Positions 27,969 to 35,849 of a DNA stretch of 64,000 bases are shown here, in pieces (positions within the stretch are counted from its first letter, which is position 1; each line of letters begins with the position of its first letter). This DNA is from Candidatus Palauibacter ramosifaciens (GTDB taxonomy: Bacteria > Gemmatimonadota > Gemmatimonadetes > Palauibacterales > Palauibacteraceae). The translations under genes were made by a program, and so were the position numbers. Under the pieces are notes generated by a model that saw nothing but the letters and a program-made list of their open reading frames with translations, was not told where the DNA came from and did no database searches. The stretch covers positions 944-64,943 of the forward strand of contig VXYT01000105.1 of NCBI GenBank assembly GCA_009845855.1, written 5' to 3'.

Positions 27969-30262
27969 TTCGCGCGTGACCCCTGCTCCGAAGCGGGACG
28001 GACGTCCGCTCCCGACTCTTCGCCCAGTTCGGTGCGCGCGAACTTCTCGACCGCCGCGCGGGCATCGTCGGGCGACACCATCTTGAAGTCGACGGGACAG
28101 TCCGCCGCCTGCTGCTCGATGTCGCGGATCGGACAGCGCGTTACGCCGGAAGCCTTCGCTTCCTCGATGAAGCGCTTCATCTCCTCGCTCATGCCGTCGA
28201 CGCCGGCAGCTTCGGCCCGCGCCTGCTTCGCCTTCAACTCGTTGAACATCACGAGCATCGTGTCGAGGTCGAACTCGTCGGCCGCGATCATCGCGTCCTT
28301 GTTCTCGTCCATCACGACGGTCGTCACGCGCCACATGCCCTGGTCGCGGGCGAAGCGCTCCACCGTGTTCCGAGCGAGGGGGCGGGCGATCAGCGGCACG
28401 CGCCCCAGCCGCTCGAACGCCTCGTGCGTCCACACGATCGGGTCGGCGTCCGTGCGGTCGCGGGGGATCTGGTTGTCCGTGACCGGACACTTCGCCATCA
28501 CGGGGAGGGGGGCCTCGAAGGCGTCCGCGTCGCTCGTCTCCACGACGGTGCGCTTCATCGCCTCACCCGCCTTCACCTCCGCGAGGGCGAGCTCCTCGGC
28601 GTCACCGATCCCCATCACGAGCTGCATGTGGGTCGGAAGGAGCTTCTTGATCGCCTCGTCCAGGCGCTCGTTCGTCACCACGGGCAACTGGTCGCGGTTC
28701 CAGAGTTCCGTCTTCTCCGCCTTCCCCCGCCCGTTGGCGGCCTGTCCGACCTCGGCGATCGACGGGGCCGCGCCGGTCTCCAGCGCGTCGCGCGCCACCT
28801 TCGCGGTGCCGCTCGCCCCATTGCCGGCCGCGGCGTTTCCATCGGCCGGCGGCGACGCCGCCCGGTACTGCTTCTCGTCCTTCGGGTTCGGGACGAAGGC
28901 GGCCGCGTAACGGCTCCCGGGGCCATAGTGTTCGAGGACGAACTCCTCGACGGCCTTGCGGGCGATCCCCAGGGCGAAGGGCGGCACGCGCAGGATCCTC
29001 ACCTCCGCCTCGGGTGCCCACTCGAGCCCGGCCTCGCCGTCCTCCTCGATCCAGGGGATCTCCTCCGGCCGGACGTTCCCGGTCCCGAGGAGGAGGATGT
29101 TCGTATCCGCGAGCGAGACGAGGTTGTCGGCCTGCGAGCCGATGTCCGTGCCCTCGATGCGGTGCGAGCCGTGGCGGGCCACGACGATGAGGGACGGATC
29201 GATCTCCTCGGCCCACTTGAGGAGCACGTCGAACGGCTTCCCGACCAGCACCTGGGTCTCGATGTCGACCTCGGGATACTCGCTCGCCATCACCTCGGCC
29301 CGCTTGATGTTCGCCTTGCAGAGGCGGAGGAGGCCCTTGTCGATGATGTTGTTGTGGAGCTCTTCCTGCTCCTCGAACTTGAACACCTTCGAGGCCTGGA
29401 CGGAGAGCACGTCCTTGATGTTGTGGAAGACGACGTGGTGGTACTGCACGTCGAAGGCGCTTGCGATGTAGACCGTGGCGCCGTATTCGCGCGCCATTTC
29501 GAGCGCGATCCTCAGGCCCTTGTAGGCGTAGGCCGACCCGTCCACGCCGACGAGCCACTTGCCGCCCTCCAGCGGCCGGTCGTCGCGAACGATGAGCGCG
29601 TCCTTTTCGATCCCGCGGAGCGCGCGCGCCACGACGCCGCCGAGGCGGCTCCGTTCCTGCCTCCCGAGACCGTGGGCGCCGATGGTGACGAGGTCGTAGT
29701 CGCGGCCGGAGGTACCCGCGAGCTTGTCCTCCTGCTCTTCGTCCTCGGCCACGAGCCGGCCGTTCTCGCCCAGCTTGACGTCCGCCCGCTGCTTTTCGCT
29801 GCCGTCGTAGTTGTGGGCGATGTTGGGGTCGAAGCCGATGAGGCTCGGGAGACGTCCGCCGCCGCGGTTCGCCTCGTTGATGATCTCCTCGTAGTTGATG
29901 CCCTCGAGGAGCTGCCGCGTGAGGGTCACCCCGGCTTCGGAGCAGCGGCGGTGGAGCTGGTCCAGGAAGCTGTCCGAGATGAGTTGCAGCCCCTTCTCGA
30001 TCAGCTTGTCGTGGATCTTGCGCTGCCTGCGGATCTCCGCCGGCTCCTGGAACTGGGCCGGGAGCCCGATCTCGAGCTGGCGGAACCGGATGTCGTGGAG
30101 GCGCGCGGCGTAGACGTGAGAGCCGGTGATGCGGCCCCCGGAGCGAGCGCAGAGTTCGATGGCTCGGTCCACGGCCCAGTCCGACTCGCGCGAGTTATCG
30201 ACCGGGACGAATACCTCTCGATACATGGCGCTCCGTTGGACGGCATGCTGCGGCCGGTTCAC
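27965..30262 (-). CDS. multidomain protein: tandem universal-stress-protein (UspA) domains plus PCP_red-like repeats
   Basis: UspA-like segments (VFVPVDNS...; YDLVTIGAHGLG; LIVVARHGSHRIEGTDIGS). Two C-terminal copies of the W-x-x-EA-x-x-RL-x-x-P-x-x-x-R-x-x-x-x-x-x-E-x-FAR-x-xG motif. Confidence 0.55.
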   Translation of the reverse strand: MNRPQHAVQRSAMYREVFVPVDNSRESDWAVDRAIELCARSGGRITGSHVYAARLHDIRFRQLEIGLPAQFQEPAEIRRQRKIHDKLIEKGLQLISDSFLDQLHRRCSEAGVTLTRQLLEGINYEEIINEANRGGGRLPSLIGFDPNIAHNYDGSEKQRADVKLGENGRLVAEDEEQEDKLAGTSGRDYDLVTIGAHGLGRQERSRLGGVVARALRGIEKDALIVRDDRPLEGGKWLVGVDGSAYAYKGLRIALEMAREYGATVYIASAFDVQYHHVVFHNIKDVLSVQASKVFKFEEQEELHNNIIDKGLLRLCKANIKRAEVMASEYPEVDIETQVLVGKPFDVLLKWAEEIDPSLIVVARHGSHRIEGTDIGSQADNLVSLADTNILLLGTGNVRPEEIPWIEEDGEAGLEWAPEAEVRILRVPPFALGIARKAVEEFVLEHYGPGSRYAAAFVPNPKDEKQYRAASPPADGNAAAGNGASGTAKVARDALETGAAPSIAEVGQAANGRGKAEKTELWNRDQLPVVTNERLDEAIKKLLPTHMQLVMGIGDAEELALAEVKAGEAMKRTVVETSDADAFEAPLPVMAKCPVTDNQIPRDRTDADPIVWTHEAFERLGRVPLIARPLARNTVERFARDQGMWRVTTVVMDENKDAMIAADEFDLDTMLVMFNELKAKQARAEAAGVDGMSEEMKRFIEEAKASGVTRCPIRDIEQQAADCPVDFKMVSPDDARAAVEKFARTELGEESGADVRPASEQGSRAK

Positions 30263-30439
30263 GCTGCTCGCACCAGCCTCGCCCGGGTGCGAAGCCCGGA
30301 TGTACGCAGCTCGCGAAAGTCGGCCACGGACGAGGAATTCGGCGATGCTGGTTCAAGGCCTTCGGGGTCGCCCGGAGGTCCGGACCCCCGCTTATGGGCC
30401 AAGAAGTTGCGGTTGACCACGGGGAAAGTCAAACGCGGT

Positions 30440-31147
30440 CTAGGGAGTTCGCGGCCAGCGGAGGCGGCGGCTCCAATCCGAGGCGAAAACGGCGGCCCCG
30501 AAGGTCGCGCCGGCCGCAACGAGAAGGCTTGGCAGCCAGACGGAAGCCTCCATGGGCATCCCGCTGGTGCCGGCCGTGAGCGCGGCCCGCAGCGGCGTGT
30601 ACGGATTCCACTCGGCGACGAGGGAGGTCCAGCCGGGAACGGGGGTCCGGAAGAAGCCGGCGAGGTGAAGGAGGAGAAGGGAAAGCGCCGCGGAAGCGAG
30701 GGCCGCTTCGGCGAGCGAGCGCACCGCGGCCGCCACGAGGGGACCCAGCAGGTTCGCGAACCACAGCGTCGCGAGGACCGACAGGAGGACAACGGGACCC
30801 GCGCCTGCTCCGCCGGCCGACCACAGGAGGACGAGGGCGGCGGGCGCAAGCTGGAGCGCGTCGATCGTCGTGCCGGCGAGCGTGCGCTCGAGGAACCAGC
30901 GGGGCGCGGAGTAGCCGGTGCGGAGGATCTCATCGAGCCAGCCGTCTCGGGCGTCGCGCACAGCCGGAATGGCTGAACCGAAAGCTCCGAAAAAGACGAT
31001 GAACACGCCGAAGACTGCGACCCGGTGCGGCGCCGCGGCTGCGCTGAGGGCGACAGGCGTGAGGAGGAGGAGCGGGACCGCGACGTTCCACAGAAACAAC
31101 CGCCGCCGCCGGAGGGCGGTGCGCCACGCCAGACGCCAGATCGTCAC
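30440..31147 (-). CDS. ABC-2 type transporter permease
   Basis: 235 aa, six hydrophobic helices, downstream of the ABC ATPase with a 4-nt overlap. Confidence 0.5.
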   Translation of the reverse strand: MTIWRLAWRTALRRRRLFLWNVAVPLLLLTPVALSAAAAPHRVAVFGVFIVFFGAFGSAIPAVRDARDGWLDEILRTGYSAPRWFLERTLAGTTIDALQLAPAALVLLWSAGGAGAGPVVLLSVLATLWFANLLGPLVAAAVRSLAEAALASAALSLLLLHLAGFFRTPVPGWTSLVAEWNPYTPLRAALTAGTSGMPMEASVWLPSLLVAAGATFGAAVFASDWSRRLRWPRTP

Positions 31148-32091
31148 CGGGCGCGCCCTTCCAGACGCCGGCCCGTGAGCGTCGCGAACGCGTCCGCAAG
31201 ATCGGGTTCCCGGACATCGACGGAGGCGACGGAGGCGCCGCCGCGCAGGACCCAGGCCAGCGTCTCCGGGAGGGCCCGGCTCGGGTCCTCGACCCTAAGG
31301 ATCACCGCGCTCTCGTCCCAGGCCGACGCGCGCACCGCCGGCGGCGCGGGGCCGAGTGTGTCGGGATCGGGACTCTTCCCGGCGGCAAACCGGATCTCGA
31401 CGCGCGGACGGGCGCCGACGCGCTCCAGGAGCCGGGCCGGGGTATCCGCCACCGCGCAGCGGCCATCGACGATGAACGCGACGCGGTCGCAGTGCGCCGC
31501 GGCGAAGGCGGGATCATGGGCGGACAGCACGGAGGTCTTCCTGGCCGCGCGGTGGTCGGCGAGGGCTTCGGCGAAGGCCTCCCGCCCGCCGGGGTCGAGC
31601 CCGGCCAGCGGTTCGTCGAGGAGGAGGAGGGGGGCCGCGGTACCGAACGCGGTCGCGAGGGCAAGCCGTCTCCGCATACCGCTCGAGTAGGTGCCGGCGG
31701 GGCGGTCCGCGTCGGCCTCGAGCCCGAAGCGCGCGAGCCAGGCGTTGGCCGTAGCACGCGCCTCGCCGGACCCCGCGCCGTGGAGTTCGAGCAGGATGGC
31801 CGCGTTTTCACGCCCGCTGAGCCACGTGCGGAGGGCGGGCCGGTCGGTGGCGAGCCAGCGCTTTCGGGCATCGTCGACGCCGGCGGTCCGTCGCATCCCC
31901 GGAACGCCGTCGCCGCCGAGGAGGCGGAGGAAGGTCGATTTTCCGGATCCGTTCGGGCCGAGGAGCGCGAGGCACTCTCCCTCGCGGACTTCGAGCGAGA
32001 GGTCCTTGAGGGCGGGACTCCCATCGGGGTAGCGGTAGGCGACCGCCTCCGCCGTCACCAGCAGCGGCTTCGCCCCTGCGCCGGGGCTCAC
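31144..32091 (-). CDS. ABC transporter ATP-binding protein
   Basis: Walker A GPNGSGKST; signature SSGMRRRLALA; Walker B LLLDEP. GTG start overlaps the ferredoxin TGA. Confidence 0.8.
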   Translation of the reverse strand: MSPGAGAKPLLVTAEAVAYRYPDGSPALKDLSLEVREGECLALLGPNGSGKSTFLRLLGGDGVPGMRRTAGVDDARKRWLATDRPALRTWLSGRENAAILLELHGAGSGEARATANAWLARFGLEADADRPAGTYSSGMRRRLALATAFGTAAPLLLLDEPLAGLDPGGREAFAEALADHRAARKTSVLSAHDPAFAAAHCDRVAFIVDGRCAVADTPARLLERVGARPRVEIRFAAGKSPDPDTLGPAPPAVRASAWDESAVILRVEDPSRALPETLAWVLRGGASVASVDVREPDLADAFATLTGRRLEGRAR

Positions 32092-32381
32092 GGAACGATC
32101 TCGATCCCGTCTTCCAGGACGGTGATCGCGTCGACCGGGCAGGACGCGCACGCCTCGATGAAACGCTGCCGCGAGGCGTGTTCGGGTCCGGTGAAGACCG
32201 CCACTCCATCCTCATCGAGATCGAAGGCCTCCGGCGCCTCCTCAATACAGTCCCCGAAGCCGACGCACAGGTCACGGTCGATGACGGCGCGAACCCCGTG
32301 GACCTCCCGCTCCACGGACGGGTCCGGCGTCCCCGTCCCCTCACCCGCATCTCCCACGCCTGCGCCGCCGTCCGTCACCAC
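32088..32381 (-). CDS. small ferredoxin-like protein (single [4Fe-4S]/[3Fe-4S] type)
   Basis: C-x-G-x-G-x-C...C-x-x-CP pattern (DLCVGFGDCIE...ACASCPVDAI). Confidence 0.5.
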   Translation of the reverse strand: MVTDGGAGVGDAGEGTGTPDPSVEREVHGVRAVIDRDLCVGFGDCIEEAPEAFDLDEDGVAVFTGPEHASRQRFIEACASCPVDAITVLEDGIEIVP

Positions 32382-32384
32382 CGG

Positions 32385-32828
32385 CTACATGCCTTCCAGC
32401 CCGAGATCGGAGCGGGCACGATCCATGACGGCGGGCGTCATTTCCTCGATCCCGCGCTCCCGGGCGTATTCGTTGTAGATCTTCTTCACCATCCCCCGCA
32501 CGAAGGAGGGTACGTGGCCGAGCCGCTCGACCGCATCCACGTTCCAGCGCACGGGTCCGGGGTTCGTCAACGGCGCTGCGGGCAAGGCTTCGTCGCGCGG
32601 GTCCTCCACGCCGGCGCGAATGCCCTCGAAGTTCTCGTTCGGGACGGTCCGACCTCCCACCTTCACGCCGAGCGAACTCACGAGTTGCGTCTCCATGGGG
32701 TTGGCGAGCATCGCCGTCTTCCGCCCGCAGGCGGGGCACCTGAAGACGGCGGCCATTGTGCCGTCGCCGGGTACGGCCCGCTCGTCGAAGGCCATCTGCC
32801 GGTCGCACTCCACGCAGAGGAACTTCAT
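32385..32828 (-). CDS. zinc-ribbon protein with PCP_red-like module
   Basis: CVECDRQ...CPACGRK zinc ribbon, then VRWNVDAVERLGHVPSFVRGMVKKIYNEYARERGIEEMTPAVMDRAR. ATG at 32828. Confidence 0.5.
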   Translation of the reverse strand: MKFLCVECDRQMAFDERAVPGDGTMAAVFRCPACGRKTAMLANPMETQLVSSLGVKVGGRTVPNENFEGIRAGVEDPRDEALPAAPLTNPGPVRWNVDAVERLGHVPSFVRGMVKKIYNEYARERGIEEMTPAVMDRARSDLGLEGM

Positions 32829-33715
32829 CGCGTCGCGGGCGCCGCGCGGAGCACGTCGACCATCGTCCGGACGGCTTCCGCTGTGGGCCCTCCACCAGCC
32901 AGCCATTCCTCAAGCCGCCCCTCGTCCGCCGCGGCCCCCAACGCCGCGTCGAAGGGGAGTCGCGCGAGCAGCGGGGCCCGAAAGCGCTCCGCCAGCTCGG
33001 CCCCGGCGTTTCCGGCGTGCAGCGGCGCGAGCCCCCCGCAGGCGTCGCAGCGAACCCCCGACAGGTTCTCCACGAGTCCCGGCATGGGGAGGCCGCGTCT
33101 CCGGGCGAGATCGAGCGAGCGGGCCACGGCATCGCGGGAAGCCGCGCTCGGGATGGTGACCGCGATGATGCCCGCCAGTCCGGGGACGAGCGCGTGAAGC
33201 TCGGCGAGGCGCTGGGTGCCAGGTGGCAGGTCCACGAGCAGCACATCCAGCTCTCCCCACGCGACATCCGACAAAAATTCGCGCAGAGCCCCCCGCTCCT
33301 GGGCGCCGCGCCACACGAAACCGGCGTCGGCGGGCTCGCGCCACGTGAGGGCGCGGTCCGGCTCCATGAGAAACGCCATCGACATGACGCGGACCCCGGC
33401 GCGCGAGGAGGGCGGCGCGAATCCGTTCCGGGATTCGGCGAGGACTCCGGGCTCGATGCCGAGGAGGCGCGGCACGCTGGGGCCGTTCAGGTCGGCGTCG
33501 ACCAGGCCCACGCGATCCCCGCGGCGGGCGAGCGCGGTCGCGAGGAGGCCGGAGACGAGGCTCTTCCCCACGCCGCCCTTGCCGCTCATCACCGCGATGA
33601 CCCGGGCGACGGAAGCGAGCCGCACGGACACGCGCTCGTCCCCCGCCGCGATCTGGTCGGGGAGATCCGAACGCAGTTCGTCCACTTCGTGGTAGGTGCG
33701 AAATCCGGAACTCAT
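32825..33715 (-). CDS. apbC: Mrp/NBP35/ApbC-family Fe-S cluster carrier ATPase
   Basis: Deviant Walker A GKGGVGKS; CxxC (CDACGG) Fe-S bridging motif. Confidence 0.8.
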   Translation of the reverse strand: MSSGFRTYHEVDELRSDLPDQIAAGDERVSVRLASVARVIAVMSGKGGVGKSLVSGLLATALARRGDRVGLVDADLNGPSVPRLLGIEPGVLAESRNGFAPPSSRAGVRVMSMAFLMEPDRALTWREPADAGFVWRGAQERGALREFLSDVAWGELDVLLVDLPPGTQRLAELHALVPGLAGIIAVTIPSAASRDAVARSLDLARRRGLPMPGLVENLSGVRCDACGGLAPLHAGNAGAELAERFRAPLLARLPFDAALGAAADEGRLEEWLAGGGPTAEAVRTMVDVLRAAPATR

Positions 33716-33759
33716 GGGGAGTGGAAGCTCCAATCGGGCCGGCAGACGGTCAACAGTGG

Positions 33760-33947
33760 ATAGCAGCCCGTGGCAAAACCCCGCTGCGTTCGAGCGGCGC
33801 TGCAGGTCGCCATCCCCAGAGGGGGCCCCCCGGCGCTCTGCGTCGCTCCTCGATCACGTAGCGCTGCTATGCTCCCTCGTCGCTCCTTGTCAGGCGAACG
33901 TTTCACCGCTCTCGGCGATTGACGCGGGGTTTTGCCACGGACTGCCA
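33760..33947. repeat. ~190-bp MITE/REP-like element with ~22-bp terminal inverted repeats, copy 1
   Basis: Ends CAGCCCGTGGCAAAACCCC ... GGGGTTTTGCCACGGACTGCCAG. Same element recurs inverted at 40002..40191. Explains ORFs 33712..33906 and 39997..40182, which share the translation ALLCSLVAP...DAGFCHGLP. Confidence 0.7.
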
Positions 33948-33983
33948 GAGGCGAAGTTTCGGCTCGCGTCCCGCCTTCGTACG

Positions 33984-34256
33984 ATGTTCGAAAGACGGAT
34001 CGAAGTCCACCGTGAATCGGAACATCCCATGTCGATCATCGGGTTTCACCGTTTTCTCATCGCAACGGCCATCGTCTTCTGCGCCGTCTTCGCCGCGTGG
34101 GAGTTCCGGATCTTCGCGAGCGCCGGGAGTCTCGGGGCGCTCGCGATCGGTGTGATCTTCGCGCTCGCGGCGGCGGCGCTGGCCTACTATCTCGCCAACC
34201 TGGCCAGGTTCCTGGACGGAACGCGGCACGAGTCCCCGTGGCACCGGGGTCGGTGA
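33984..34256 (+). CDS. small two-TM membrane protein
   Basis: MSIIGFHRFLIATAIVFCAVFAAWEF...ALAIGVIFALAAAALAYYL; start at ATG 33984 or 34029. Confidence 0.35.
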   Translation: MFERRIEVHRESEHPMSIIGFHRFLIATAIVFCAVFAAWEFRIFASAGSLGALAIGVIFALAAAALAYYLANLARFLDGTRHESPWHRGR

Positions 34257-34882
34257 GGCGCGAGGACCGGGCGGACGGAGGCCGGCCGGTTGTACTCTAT
34301 TTCGCGGCCGCCGTGTTCCTGTTCATCCTCGTCGTCGTCGTTGCCGGCTCGTTCACGAGGCCCGACCCCGTCACCTTCGTTCCAACGCCCGTCGCCCTGC
34401 GCGCCCCCGTGGACCGGTTCGTCGTGGACACGGTCACCGTCGATGCCCGGGACGGCTCGCGATGGGTCTACTTCGATTTCGACCGGGGGAGCGCGGTCGC
34501 CGGCCCGCTCGCCGGCTGGGATCTCGCGCTCAACCGGTATCACGTCGTCGTGAACGGCGGCGCCGGATACCCCGGGGCCGGCGGAGCGATCGCCATCGGC
34601 GCGCCGTGGGAAACCGTGACCGAGGCCCCGGCGTCCGGTTACGCGACGACGGAGGGCGCGCTGGAGGATGGCCCGGCGACGCCCGGACTCGAGCGCTGGT
34701 ACCGGTACGGGTTCTTCTCCCACCTCCTCGAACCGAAGGACGAGACGTACGTGATCCGGACGGCGGAGGGTGGCTACGCGAAGCTGAGGATCCTGAGCTA
34801 TTACTGCCCGCAGGCGACGCCCGGATGCGTGACCCTCATGTACGGCTTTCAGGGAGACGGTTCGCGGCGCCTCACGGACTGA
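34253..34882 (+). CDS. membrane-anchored hypothetical protein
   Basis: GTG overlaps the upstream TGA; N-terminal TM (VVLYFAAAVFLFILVVVVAGSF) then ~180-aa soluble domain with no clear family. Confidence 0.4.
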   Translation: MRREDRADGGRPVVLYFAAAVFLFILVVVVAGSFTRPDPVTFVPTPVALRAPVDRFVVDTVTVDARDGSRWVYFDFDRGSAVAGPLAGWDLALNRYHVVVNGGAGYPGAGGAIAIGAPWETVTEAPASGYATTEGALEDGPATPGLERWYRYGFFSHLLEPKDETYVIRTAEGGYAKLRILSYYCPQATPGCVTLMYGFQGDGSRRLTD

Positions 34883-35849
34883 GCCGGCGTGCCCGCTCCA
34901 CGAGGCCGGACGCCCCCGCCTCGACCAACTGTTCCGCCAGCCGGCGGCCGAGTGCGCCGGGCGAAGCGCGAGACCCCGTACCGGCCGCTTCGACCGGGGG
35001 GCCACCGTCCACGTCGTAGACGGCCGCGCGGAGCAGGAGGTCCTCCGCCCGCAGTGACGCGCGGGCGGCGATGGGAACCCGGCATCCACCTTCGAGCGCC
35101 GCGAGCAGTGCCCGCTCGGCGGTCGTCTCCGCCCGGGCGGCCGGATCGTCGAGCGCCCCGATGCGCGCGGCCGCTCCGTCCGGCCCGTCGCGACACTGGA
35201 GCCCGAGCGCACCTTGACCGGGGGCCGGTAGCCAGTCCTCATCGAGGACGTGGGCGCCGGGGGGCCACACGCCGAGCCGCCGGAGCCCGGCCGCCGCCAG
35301 GACCAGCGCCTCGAAGCGGCCGTCCTCCAGCTTGTGGAGCCGCGTGTCGACATTCCCGCGGATCGGCCGCGGATCGAGGTCGGTCCGGGCGGCGCGCAAC
35401 TGAGCGGCGCGGCGCAACGACGACGTGCCGACGCGCGCGCCGGAGGGGAGGCGTCGCAGAAGGTCGCGTCCATCCGCGTCCCGGGGCGCGGAGTCCGGCG
35501 GATTCCGAACCGCGAGATTCCGAACCACGAGCACGTCCCGGGGATCTTCGCGGGTCGGGACGGCGCCCAGCATCAACCCGTCGGGGAGGTCCGCCGGCAG
35601 ATCCTTCAGGGAGTGCACCGCGACATCGATGTCTCCTTCCCGGAGCGAGCGTTCGAGGTCTTCGGTGAACAGCCCCTTCCCTCCGATCTCCGGAAGCGGC
35701 GTCGCGAGATCGCGGTCCCCGGCAGTGGTGATGAACCGGTATTCAACGGGCAGCTCGGGCCAGCGTTCGCGCAGCCGTTCGCCCACCCAGGCGGCCTGCG
35801 CCCGGGAGAGCGGTGACCGCCGCGCCCCGACCACGAGCGGCGCATTCAC
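34872..35849 (-). CDS. hemC: hydroxymethylbilane synthase (porphobilinogen deaminase)
   Basis: VGARRSPLSRAQA...GKGLFTEDLE...SLKDLP and GGCRVPIAA motifs. Confidence 0.85.
   Translation of the reverse strand: MNAPLVVGARRSPLSRAQAAWVGERLRERWPELPVEYRFITTAGDRDLATPLPEIGGKGLFTEDLERSLREGDIDVAVHSLKDLPADLPDGLMLGAVPTREDPRDVLVVRNLAVRNPPDSAPRDADGRDLLRRLPSGARVGTSSLRRAAQLRAARTDLDPRPIRGNVDTRLHKLEDGRFEALVLAAAGLRRLGVWPPGAHVLDEDWLPAPGQGALGLQCRDGPDGAAARIGALDDPAARAETTAERALLAALEGGCRVPIAARASLRAEDLLLRAAVYDVDGGPPVEAAGTGSRASPGALGRRLAEQLVEAGASGLVERARRLSP

Noticed and set aside
32088-32381. Possibility that the 97-aa ferredoxin-like ORF is spurious
   Set aside because: Retained at low confidence. It has a coherent C-x-G-x-G-x-C...C-x-x-CP cysteine pattern and exact GTGA/near-overlap junctions with both neighbours in the operon.
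33712-33906. Short ORFs 33712..33906 (-), 39997..40182 (-), and the 5' part of 33696..34256 (+), with near-identical peptides (ALLCSLVAP...DAGFCHGLP)
   Set aside because: They are translations of the two copies of the MITE-like repeat, not a duplicated protein-coding gene.
33903-34244. 113-aa minus-strand ORF opposite the small + strand membrane-protein genes
   Set aside because: Arg/Glu/Asp-rich with no hydrophobic or domain features; the + strand genes are better supported.
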